64,000 nt of DNA from contig SMSO01000014.1 in NCBI GenBank assembly GCA_004764695.1, positions 2,103,648 through 2,167,647 on the forward strand, read 5' to 3'. The notes beneath the pieces are model-generated. The model made no database searches, was not told the origin of the DNA, and saw nothing but the letters and a program-made list of their open reading frames with translations. The DNA comes from Schizochytrium sp. TIO01. Lineage: Eukaryota; Protista; Bigyra: Labyrinthulomycetes. Shown here one piece after another: positions 23,301 through 33,335 of the stretch; the first letter of the stretch is position 1, and the number at the start of each line of letters is the position of its first letter. The position numbers and the translations under genes are program-made.

Positions 23301-24830
23301 TGAGAGAGTACGATGAGATCGCAAACCTTTGCATTGTCTAAATATATGATATTCAGAGGAATGGTAGAGATCTGTATAAAATGATAACAATGCCAACTTC
23401 TTCTGGATGGGTATAGATGGGAACTTCCCCTCTCTTGCAATTGTAACTAATATTCCTGCACACTCTTCTTAAGTATTTGAGGTAGTAATTTTGTCTTTTT
23501 ATACAGTATTTCAAAACGCCATCTCGACATTATCCAATCAATAAAAATTTATTTGGTGAAAAGGGATCTTTTACTTGTTGCAGGACTCCAGTTTGTAACA
23601 ATTTCTAAATCGTCAAAAACCAACATTTTAAGTCCCAAATTCACATTTTAAAAATATAGTATTACTTCGCTATGTATGCCAGAGATATCACCATAATCTA
23701 CAGACTTCCCGATGTTCCCTTCTCTCCCCTTTAGATCATTCGTGGGTATGGCATATTACTCATTAAGCAAAATACCATGTAAACAGTAACGGATATGGAT
23801 GTTTGCTATCTTGGATTGCACACTGCTGATGTAAATAGTATTACATCGCTGTAACCAGCAGGTAAGGAATACTTTGTTCGTTTGTATCGCTGCGCAGAGC
23901 TCGAGAAAGTTGTAGTAATTTGAATGCTAAAGTTTGATCAATGGTCTGCTCAACATTCATCGAAATTATTTGGATCTTGAAAGTTCAAAGACCAAAACCC
24001 ATTGTTTATAAATTTGCAATTTGATAATGCCTTTTATCGTGAGGATAGTTCATTCGAAAACATGAATCTTGGGCTTCAAGTTTATGGTGCTAAAAGTTGC
24101 CTGGGTCTCACTCGATAGCTCATGCTGTAAATATAAATAATATGTTCAAGAAATCAAGAGCCAGGCAAATCAATTCAACCAAGCCAATTATTCTCGAAAC
24201 ATTCATTTCAGCTGGTCTAAAGTTGAGTGTCATAATTAGCTGAGTTTTTATTCGACAATGGATTCTTTGTTTTAAAAGCAGTACTTTATCTCTCTCCCGA
24301 TGCACGACCTTTTTTCTATAGCATTGTTAATCTGGACTATAAATCATACCTTTCTACTCTCACCACCATATTGCTGCCTAACTACTGGCCCAGTTAAAGC
24401 CTAGTTGCTACATAACTACTGTTATTGTACCTTGGATGGTTGCTTTAATATCCACGCCATTATTAGTTATTTAAATGAACATTACTCATATCAATCTTTG
24501 AGACTCTGGCATGAATGCTAGAGCATCCACCTACCCAGTTGTTCTAATTCTTGCAGCCTTTTTGGTTCCCTCGAAAATGAAATCTACGTTCCCATTTATA
24601 CCTAGCTAGGTGAAGATTTGACGCTTATGAAGGTCGCCATGGCCCTTAAATTTAGTGAAGTTAACATGCAATTTCTTTCCTCTTCTGCCCATCCTGATTG
24701 TCTAAGAGATCTGTTGAGTAATTACCATGATCGATACAAGCAATAGGCTAGTACTAATTTGATGTTTAAATCAGCAAAAAAAAAAATCCAAAATAGATTA
24801 CATCGACCGCTACGGCGGCGCTCCTTCACC

Positions 24831-26834
24831 ATGCTCTCCCGCGTCGCTTTCGGCAGCTGCCGAAGCCTGAGGCGTTCGCGTACTTCTTTCTTTTCTTCTT
24901 CCACTGTGTCTTCCAGTGGCTCTGCGTTCGCGCCTAGTGCTACCCCACTCGTTTTAGGTTCGTCCATCTCGCCTTCACCAGCTTGCCTTCGCTCTCGTTC
25001 TCTGACAGGGTCCGCAACCTCCGGCCTCGAGCCTTTGGATGCGGGTGATGCTCCTAATACTGCATCTTCTTCGACAGCACCTCCCGTTGCCCTGCTGAAG
25101 GAAGTCAAGTCCCCTAAATTGTCTTCTCTGGTCAAGCGGCCTCCAACAATGATCGCATTTGACACAGAGTACAGCACCCTCTCACAGAAATTTTGCAAGA
25201 CGCAGCAGGAGTTCGAAGCTGCTGGAATTCGGATGGCAAGTATCGGATGGGTTCTCTTCGACGACGACGGCTGCATGGTCCACACACAGCCAGCTCACTA
25301 CCTTGTCAAGCCGCACCCTGATTTTCAGATTTCGGAGGCGGCGACTTATCTGCACGGAATCGAGCACGATTTCGCTCACAAAAAGGGTCGCGACATAAAG
25401 GATGTATTACTTACCTTCGCAAGTGTCTGCGCTGTGGTTGAAGAGAATGATGGCATTGTCGTAGGCCACTCGGTCAATGGTGACATCGCTCTCACGTTTT
25501 CTGAAATCAGCCGCCTTGTCTTTGACCCTGCCTCGGACCTCCTTCAGGAGGAGAGGGAGCAGTTAAAAAAATGTGCACGGTTCCTCGCAACATCATCTAT
25601 CTGTACACTTCAGGCTTCTGGACAGTATCGCAAGGAAATTCTTAAACAAAAGAATGATCGCTTTATGAAGCTGCCTGAGGTTTATAATAGCGTCAAAGAC
25701 ACAGTCTTTGGGCAAGTGCGTAGACGTGTTATTCGCAAGAAGCTTGAAACAGAACTCGAGGACTCATGGCATAACGCTGGACACGATGCTGCTATGTCTG
25801 CGATTGTCTATAGAGGGCTTTGGATGAATGAGATGAAGCTTGATTTCATCAAATCTCCGGCTAATGAAGACTTTGCCGCGTTTTACCTCGATGATGACGA
25901 TGATGATGGCGATGATGATGACGATGGTGATGATGCTGATGATGCTGACGAACGCGAAGGATCAGACTCCCTCGAAATAGTCGAAGGAGAGGTCCAGATA
26001 TCTAATCTCGATGACGAAGTGGACGAAGATATGCCAGAGCATAACGGTATTGATTCAATCGATTATTTTAACGAAGAGTTCTTTGAATATACCGCGGAGG
26101 TCATCGAGGATGACATTTTTCATGATAAGGTCGACAAGGCCTTCATTGCTAGATTTAATATTTTCTTGGCAAGGTCAGACGACCTGTTCCCGTCCGTCAG
26201 AGCGGAGGAGCCAACTGGTTTCAAAGCAAAAACACCTGCATCTTTGCAGCAATGGACATTCCCCATTCGTATGTCTGGCGACAAGGTATTTTTTGATACG
26301 ACAGGCCAAGAGTTGACCGAGCTGCAGCAAACTGTTTGTTTAGCTCATCACCGCGATTTCCCAATCTCAATCCACATGGACCAGCGAACTAGTCTCGACT
26401 ATGGTTGCTGTTACACATGGCCGGAGACCGGACACTCCCAAGTTGCGGCTTATTGGCATGCTGACAAAGAGGACTGGTTCTTGGTGAAGCAACCTGATGT
26501 GAAGGTGCGCGATTTGCCACCTGCGTTCTTTCCCATCGTACGACGAGTTTTCCTTCACATGGAGTTTAATAAGCTTGCTCAAGAACAGATTAAGGAAGAG
26601 TTGGGAGGATTGTTCGATGGATCATGCAAGTATTGGTTCTTGACAGCGTATGGTGTGCCTGGTGCACCGCTTTCACAATTCGAAATTGTGAACAAAGTTA
26701 ATCGGGTCGCTCACGCCATTCCTCTCAAAGAGGCAATTGAGAAGCTTCGTGAAATCAACCCTTCTATTACCGTATCACTCGAAGAGCCCATTAATTTAGA
26801 CATCGTACGTGAACAGCTTCTTGTCGCGCCTTAA
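24831..26834 (+). CDS. DEDDh (DnaQ-like) 3'-5' exonuclease, probably mitochondrial
   Basis: ExoI IAFDTEY, ATYLHGI, ExoII VVGHSVNGDI, ICTL, ExoIII WHNAGHDA. The N-terminus MLSRVAFGSCRSLRRSRTSFFSS is Arg/Ser-rich and acid-free, like a presequence. ATG 24831 is preferred over 24762. Confidence 0.82.
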   Translation: MLSRVAFGSCRSLRRSRTSFFSSSTVSSSGSAFAPSATPLVLGSSISPSPACLRSRSLTGSATSGLEPLDAGDAPNTASSSTAPPVALLKEVKSPKLSSLVKRPPTMIAFDTEYSTLSQKFCKTQQEFEAAGIRMASIGWVLFDDDGCMVHTQPAHYLVKPHPDFQISEAATYLHGIEHDFAHKKGRDIKDVLLTFASVCAVVEENDGIVVGHSVNGDIALTFSEISRLVFDPASDLLQEEREQLKKCARFLATSSICTLQASGQYRKEILKQKNDRFMKLPEVYNSVKDTVFGQVRRRVIRKKLETELEDSWHNAGHDAAMSAIVYRGLWMNEMKLDFIKSPANEDFAAFYLDDDDDDGDDDDDGDDADDADEREGSDSLEIVEGEVQISNLDDEVDEDMPEHNGIDSIDYFNEEFFEYTAEVIEDDIFHDKVDKAFIARFNIFLARSDDLFPSVRAEEPTGFKAKTPASLQQWTFPIRMSGDKVFFDTTGQELTELQQTVCLAHHRDFPISIHMDQRTSLDYGCCYTWPETGHSQVAAYWHADKEDWFLVKQPDVKVRDLPPAFFPIVRRVFLHMEFNKLAQEQIKEELGGLFDGSCKYWFLTAYGVPGAPLSQFEIVNKVNRVAHAIPLKEAIEKLREINPSITVSLEEPINLDIVREQLLVAP

Positions 26835-28238
26835 GCCGAAACGCATTTCTTGGCCATATGTTTCACTTTATAAATAGGTTTGCACAATAAAAAATTTACC
26901 TAAATTTTCTTTTATGAAAAAAATGCACAGTTGCGCATTTTCTTTTTCATTCTCTTCAATTTTAGTTGAATTATTTGAAGTCTTACTCTCGAAAGGATAT
27001 AATTCGCTGTCGCCAGCCCAACTGTATGTTAATGTCGATTGTTAGTGTATCTCTATCACACGCATAGTTGGAAAAACGCCGCCTATCTGTTCAGTGGTGA
27101 CTGTTTGTATCCTTTATGAAAAGGAGACATTCGAAGAAGATCGCATAAACACAAGAGAACGAGGCAACTAAGCTAAGCAGCTAAGCAACAAGGGGAAATA
27201 AAAGTACGAAGTACGACCTAATTACAGATCAACCACTGGCTGGTCCAGGCTGGCCATGATATGGCGCACTATTTTTGGGGTTATCCAAATTGTACCCCGA
27301 TGCAAAGATATTAAAGATATCTCCAACGCATTTCGTATCGCCATTGAACTTGCGAAACCAATCCTTGTGTTTATTCATTGTCTTCAATTAGGAACATTGA
27401 CCCAAACAGATCAGATCCTTGTCAGACCTCTCGTGGTTTTTCCATTGATGTTTAAAGCATTTAATATTCCTATCAGGAAAGGCATGTTGCTCCATTTCCT
27501 TAAGAATCTTTCGATGATTTAAGTATGTGAAGAGTTGCTTATCGTGATTGGAATATAATAACTAACGCGGTCAGCACTTCTTTAAGGGTGGACCAAGAGA
27601 GAAATTTGGACCTAAAGAATCCATTTAAATACCAATCAGTGTGTATGGTTTGCGGAATGCATTGCAGTCTTAAAAATTGTTGAAATACTAGAATCAAACT
27701 TGCCTCGAAAGCTCAAGACTGTGTCGTTAATTGAGATTAAAATGGAAATGAGGGAAAGTTGTATTCTTTGGAATTTATATGGGTCTTAAAAACGAAAGTT
27801 GCTGGATCTGCAGAATAAAGAAAGAGCTCCCCAAAGATTGTTATGATTTTAAAACCCTGCTCCAAAGGATCAATTCAACTTCATCAGAAACGTAAAACTG
27901 CAAAGAGAGAAAAATATACCATCGTTGTTTCAAGAATTAGTTCATTCTTACGCCAAGCAGCCCAGTCAAGAACCACATAAGATAGGGAGTGTGAGATCAT
28001 AATGAGGAAAGAAATAGCGAAACTAAAATAGCCAAAAACACTGCTAAAGCAGAGTAAATCAAAGCTGTTGGGATACAATACCTTTGTATAGATCAAGCTG
28101 CCTACATACCCAGGCAGGGCATAGATAGGCACTTGGTAATGTACCATGCATGCGTCGAAAATAGCTAGCTGGGAAAGTGCCAAGCCTCGCATCGGCAATG
28201 TGTATATATGTATATGCATGTATGAACGTATGTAGTAT

Positions 28239-28583
28239 TTACAGAATTAAATGCCGGTTTGTGCGGGTCAGAACGAGGTAAAGCCGCATTGCTGGGGCTA
28301 CTCTGTCGATGACCCGTTCCATAAAAGTTGTTGCCTCCGCCTGCTGTGCCACTTCTGCGGCAGTTGTGGTTGTAGAGCGCGCAGTAGTCTCAGCTACTGC
28401 AGAAGCGCTTGGCGAAGCGCTTGACGTCCTCACAGCAGCTGATTTGGGTGCAGCAGCAGCCTTCGCAGATGTAGTGCACAAGCGGTTTTGAAAAGAAACC
28501 TTTGTAGATACCACTGAAGGGAAGGGCATCGTGAGAATCTCGCGGCGACCCGCCTGGCGCAGCGTCATGAGTGTGGAGGCCAT
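28239..28583 (-). CDS. Small uncharacterised protein (114 aa), possibly mitochondrial
   Basis: ATG ORF in good context (AGAATGG), GC-richer than its flanks. Presequence-like MASTLMTLRQAGRR, Ala/Thr-rich linker, amphipathic C-terminus. Confidence 0.55.
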   Translation of the reverse strand: MASTLMTLRQAGRREILTMPFPSVVSTKVSFQNRLCTTSAKAAAAPKSAAVRTSSASPSASAVAETTARSTTTTAAEVAQQAEATTFMERVIDRVAPAMRLYLVLTRTNRHLIL

Positions 28584-29576
28584 TCTTCTTCCAAGCTTTC
28601 TTAAGATGAGCGTGTCGAAGGGTCGTCTATCTTGGCTTCAGTGTGAAAGCAGAGGCAAGAGGAAAGGTGGAGATGAAGAAGGAGCGGCAACAACAGATTA
28701 GGTTTGGTGATTACTGTCGTCTGGCTTCGTCTCAAGGAACACCAGGCGAAGAAGAAAAGCGCAGGAATGGAAATCCCGAAAACTTCCTCCGATACCCCTT
28801 TCTCCGAGAGACAGTCATGGGATATGTATGGTATCTCCACACATTCACAGGGGTAATATATAAGTGTGGGGGTGTTCACAGGAGTGCGGGGAAAACCCAT
28901 CATCGCCTAACTTAAGACCTGTTCTTAAAAAACATGTTTTAGTAACAAGCCGCTACCTCCCTGCCAATCAACAACACAAATTCAAACGAGTGCCCTCTTG
29001 CATAGACTTTTGCAACTTGCCCCCTGTATTATCATGAATTGTGTATGTGCTGCTCAATGCCTGCCTGTCGGAAGGCCTGTTTTGGCTCTCTCTCCATCCA
29101 AAACCTGATCACACTCTTTCAAGAAATAAAAGAGTCAATGGAGAAACACCAACTAAATCAATATACTGCCTCCTATGTAAAAACCTACGGGTAGTAGACA
29201 TTTCCTTTCCTCAGTTCGGTACTCTTTCCACTCTTCCTCTTTCCCCAAAGCTTCTGACGCCTCCTACTACGTACTAAACCTATCATACCATCTAGTTAGT
29301 AGTAACTATCATTCTTCACCTCAATTCTATTCATTTCAAAAGAGTGTCGCACCTTTGTTTTCAATTAAAAAGAACAAGAATTGGTAGACTACCCATGGCC
29401 CTATAGATAGCTAGTAATACCTCTCTAGAGACATAATAGGAACTTCAAAGTCAAAGAAGAAAGTTCATCGTCATTCACGTCTTTCTCTGAGAGACTCAGT
29501 CCTACAGGTTTCTGCTATCAGCGCCTATCTCCCGGGTCATCACAAGAAATCGCGACCAGGCTGTAGACCTCCCTAA

Positions 29577-30344
29577 TGTAAGGCTACCTCACCCTGCTTT
29601 GGCCTTGATTTTTACTCCTCCGCCTTGGTGTGCGAGGAAGCCATCTGCCATGTCTGGCGCCGTCTGCCTCGCCTTCCCTTTCCATGTCTTTTGCTGCCTC
29701 CTCCGTAGCGTCGATTTCAAGCCAAGCAGCTCTTCGGAAGGTCTTCTCCCTCGTCCTCTGCGGCCTCGGCTGCCAAGCGTCGAAGTATTCAAAACTCCAA
29801 TCGATCAGTCAATATCCTCCCAGCAACAAACCTGCCTTCATTTCAGCCCTCCGCTCGCCCTTCGCTTCGTGTCTCTGCTGCGCTGCGCCGGCTGACTTCG
29901 CCTGCTCACCCATTCGTTGGTTTGCGCGACGGCAGCGAACGACTTGGAGCTCAGAGTCGCGGTTCCTGAGGCCTGGTCCCTCAATCTTCTCGTCGACGCC
30001 ATAATGTTGGCTTCCTTGCGCCCTCCACCCCCCGACGGGGACGCTCGAGGGCGTTCGGGAGCCGCCGCTCGCCCCCGTAATCGTCGCCGCTCTTCGAACG
30101 GGCCGACCTCAGCACCGCTTCGCCTTTCTGCCTCGAGTGAGTGTTGATTTGAGCGGAGAGTTGGAATTTGGATTTGGATTTGGATTCGAATTTGAATTTG
30201 AATTTCTCGATCTGCTCGAATTTGAATTTACTCACTTCGTTTTGCAGCTGAAGAACCTTTTTCCTCTTTTTCCCCTCCCTTCTCTCTCCTTCTATGATTC
30301 TGTCTGCGCAACCCATTTTAACTAACTTCAAAGGGTCAGTTACG
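29577..30344. other. Unexplained GC-rich island; possible solo LTR or non-autonomous element
   Basis: Abrupt GC rise between AT-rich flanks. Starts TGTAAGGCTACC and ends GGGTCAGTTACG (imperfect inverted termini), with an internal (TTGGAT/TTGAAT)n tract. No clear target-site duplication. Confidence 0.25.
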
Positions 30345-30839
30345 ACTATAGCACCGCCTATAGTGCTTTTGTAGCAGTGACGGTGCCTAATTCTCAGGTT
30401 TTATGATACATTACTACAACTGGTGATTCACTTTGCTTTATTAATTCAGTTCATCCTTTTAGTTGGGTAAAATACTCCAAGTAGAAACATATCATTTTCG
30501 TGCGAAGAGGTAATTAAAAAATAAGAAATTCATGAGTTTAAAATATGCTTCTTTAGCTTAGGTAGATAGTTATCCTAGCTAGTTAGGGACGGAAGAATAG
30601 GTGAGGGAGGTTACAAGTAACGATTTGGAGAAGGTTATCAAATAAGACGTTTCTGGTCCGGAGATTCTTTGCGGTAGGTATTAGTTAAGAAAATAGTGCA
30701 GTGTTTAATAAGGGAAAATGCATGGTGGCACAGAATCGTGATTTGCGAGCGAATCGTTGTGCAGAGACTCCAGAGGACTAACTGCCTGCACGGACGGAAA
30801 CGCAAGCTTTATTGTTCGAGGAAAACTGACGTACTCGAG

Positions 30840-33335
30840 ATGATTGACGAAGACGATGACAGCGGTGTAATTGAGCTGCAAACGGACGGACTCCGGCAGC
30901 TTTTCGAGATGAGTCTGCCTGAGCTCACGCTTGACAAGTGCATCTCGGCGAGGCCTTTAGGCCTGCTGCACAAGAAAGCACCGCTGAGCTCATCTGGTCT
31001 CCAGGATCCATTCGACCAAGATGACGACAATGAAGTTCTTCAGAGCAGCATCGACGATCAGGAGATTGAAAAGGCTACTGAGAAGAATGCAAGTTCTCAA
31101 GACATCGCTGTGAACCCAGGTGAAGACCTTGACCAGGAGAACCCTGAAGAATATAACATTCCAGCGAGTGACGTCAAGTTCAAGCTTTTGTGCGCAGAGA
31201 TGGAGCCTGGGTCTGGTTGGCAGTCTGGCAAATTTGTTTGGCCTGCTGCTGAAGAGCTGTGCAGGTACATTGGCAGTGACTCGTTTGTGGACCAATCGAT
31301 TGCACGCGGAGACCGAATTACTCGAATCCTTGAACTGGGCACGGGTTCTGGTCTTGTGGGCATCTTTCTTGCGCGCTTGCAGGCTCGACTTCACAAGCGT
31401 CGAGGCTATGTAGTACTGACGGATCGTGACCCGTTCCTACTTGATATGATCAAGCGAACGCTCAAAATCAATTCTGATGAAACTCTCCCCGTGGAAACGG
31501 CCGAGCTCTCATGGGGTGCAACCGAGCCGTCTCTTGATGCACTCAAGTCTCGGTTCTCGCGACGTCCCTTTGATCTCATTGTTGCTGCGGATGTGATGTA
31601 CTCGACAGCCGCTGTAAAACTACTTTTCGAGACGATTGATGAGATCTTTCGTCACTCTGAAATGCGAGGTGTACAAACTCAGTTTGTATTATGCTCAAGC
31701 TTTTGTGTGCAGGAGACAACCAACATTGTCATTGAGTGCTGTAAGCGTTATGGTATTGAACGAGAGCTCCTAAAGAACGAAATTCCGCAAAAGGGATGTC
31801 TGCTGGAGCGCTTTGTACGCGCACCAACAGAGTCGTTAGGAGGTCATCAGAACCTTTTACAACAAACATTGAAAAGCCTGCGTCAAGACGAATATGGGCC
31901 CTTTGCCCGTATTCAGTCAATTCATGCTGACGCAGGCTTCGTAGAGCACTTGTGCTCCTCAACCTTCGAGTCTAGATTACCCGTTTTTGCGAACTTGCGA
32001 AATGGTGCATGGTATACTAACTCAGAAGGGTGTTACTTCAAAAGCACGGATGGGCACGTGAACCACCCGACTTTTGCTGCTCGGAGACTGAATATACAAG
32101 TTTTGCAGGCTGCGTGCGCAGCAGCTCGGTCCAAAGTTGCTGTTAGTTTCTTTCCCGAGTTGTACACTGGTGGTGTTGTCCTCGTAGACGCCACTCGACG
32201 CGGCAAACGCTTCCCAGACTCTTTCTCCAGAACAGTTCCGATTTGGTGTTTTGTATTGAACCAGATCGCTGGTCATACAGACTCAGTACTTGATTTACCT
32301 CCATGGGTACCTAAATCTGAGTATAGTGCGCTAGCTTCTCGCTTTGAAGAGTGGAAAGCTCTTGTGCCTGCTCCAGCGTTGGATGTGATTCGTTCCGCCA
32401 TGGCGGAGCTTCCTCCACTACGTCCAGTGTGGGTCTGTTGCGATGGTACCCAAAATTGGCTTGTGGAGGCGCGTGACACAGATGTAACTTTACCTGCTGA
32501 AGATACTGAAGCCCCTTGTGTGCCAATTGTTTGCTTGAGCGCCTCAGTAGCAATCAACGCCGACACTGAGCGAGAGTTCCGGCAATCGTGGCGATACATC
32601 CCTGGCGCAGGAGATGACCATGAAATGTGGGCAAGTGACCTAAATCCTTTAATGTTTTGGCGTTACCGCAAGGAACTAGTGGCTTGTCGAAGTAATGAAG
32701 AGTGCGAGGCTCTCATTGCCCAATTTAGCAAATCTCAAGTAAATACAATGAATGAATCAAATGACTCAACCTGTTGGAGTTCTTTGATTAGCCATTCTCA
32801 TTGTAGATATGCACTATGTGATTTGATGTTTGCAGACGACTCATTCTTCACTCAGCTTGATGCAAGCAAGCATGTACTATTCGACCTTCAGCAAAAAGAA
32901 AGCAAGAATGATAAAGAATGGGAGAAGAAATTGCCGCATAACCAAACTGTAATTCTTCAAGCGTCGCCGAAGGTGTTGAACCAAAGAGATTTTTGGCAAC
33001 GCACTTGCCTTCCACGTGCTTACAAGCTTGCCACTGAAGCTAAAGCTTCTGGCCGTACCCTAGTGCTTCGCACGAACAACTTGAGCCCAGAACGAGCATG
33101 CTTGGCAGTTGCCCTTGCTTGTTTTGGTGTGATGGATGACCCCAAGGCAGATATCAAGGTTGAGGTGAATGCGGCACTCTTTCACGTGACAGAGGCCGCT
33201 GGCACCAGTTTGGCGCAGCCGCCTTCTCGAAAATTACTCAAAAATATTATTGTGTTTCTACACGATTCGCGACGGATAAGGATGCTGAGCGATTCTGAAG
33301 GCAAGACGGGCAGTTGTGCAGCGTCTCGTGAATAA
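30840..33335 (+). CDS. RIT1: Fusion: METTL21/Methyltransf_16-like SAM methyltransferase plus Rit1 (initiator tRNA A64 2'-O-ribosylphosphate transferase)
   Basis: MTase motifs SGKFVWPAAEELCRYI, ILELGTGSGLVGI, VVLTDRD, LSWG, FDLIVAADVMY. Rit1 motifs ANLRNGAWY, CYFKSTDGH, RRLN, LVDATRRGKRFPDSFSRTVPIWC.VLN, YIPGAGDDHE.WA..L.P..FW, PSRKLLKNIIVFL. First ATG is at 30840. Confidence 0.88.
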   Translation: MIDEDDDSGVIELQTDGLRQLFEMSLPELTLDKCISARPLGLLHKKAPLSSSGLQDPFDQDDDNEVLQSSIDDQEIEKATEKNASSQDIAVNPGEDLDQENPEEYNIPASDVKFKLLCAEMEPGSGWQSGKFVWPAAEELCRYIGSDSFVDQSIARGDRITRILELGTGSGLVGIFLARLQARLHKRRGYVVLTDRDPFLLDMIKRTLKINSDETLPVETAELSWGATEPSLDALKSRFSRRPFDLIVAADVMYSTAAVKLLFETIDEIFRHSEMRGVQTQFVLCSSFCVQETTNIVIECCKRYGIERELLKNEIPQKGCLLERFVRAPTESLGGHQNLLQQTLKSLRQDEYGPFARIQSIHADAGFVEHLCSSTFESRLPVFANLRNGAWYTNSEGCYFKSTDGHVNHPTFAARRLNIQVLQAACAAARSKVAVSFFPELYTGGVVLVDATRRGKRFPDSFSRTVPIWCFVLNQIAGHTDSVLDLPPWVPKSEYSALASRFEEWKALVPAPALDVIRSAMAELPPLRPVWVCCDGTQNWLVEARDTDVTLPAEDTEAPCVPIVCLSASVAINADTEREFRQSWRYIPGAGDDHEMWASDLNPLMFWRYRKELVACRSNEECEALIAQFSKSQVNTMNESNDSTCWSSLISHSHCRYALCDLMFADDSFFTQLDASKHVLFDLQQKESKNDKEWEKKLPHNQTVILQASPKVLNQRDFWQRTCLPRAYKLATEAKASGRTLVLRTNNLSPERACLAVALACFGVMDDPKADIKVEVNAALFHVTEAAGTSLAQPPSRKLLKNIIVFLHDSRRIRMLSDSEGKTGSCAASRE

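Noticed and set aside
27256-28219. Short ORFs at 27256-27522 (+) and 27884-28219 (-)
   Set aside because: AT-rich with no recognisable family; possibly pseudogenic membrane-protein debris, but not supportable as genes.
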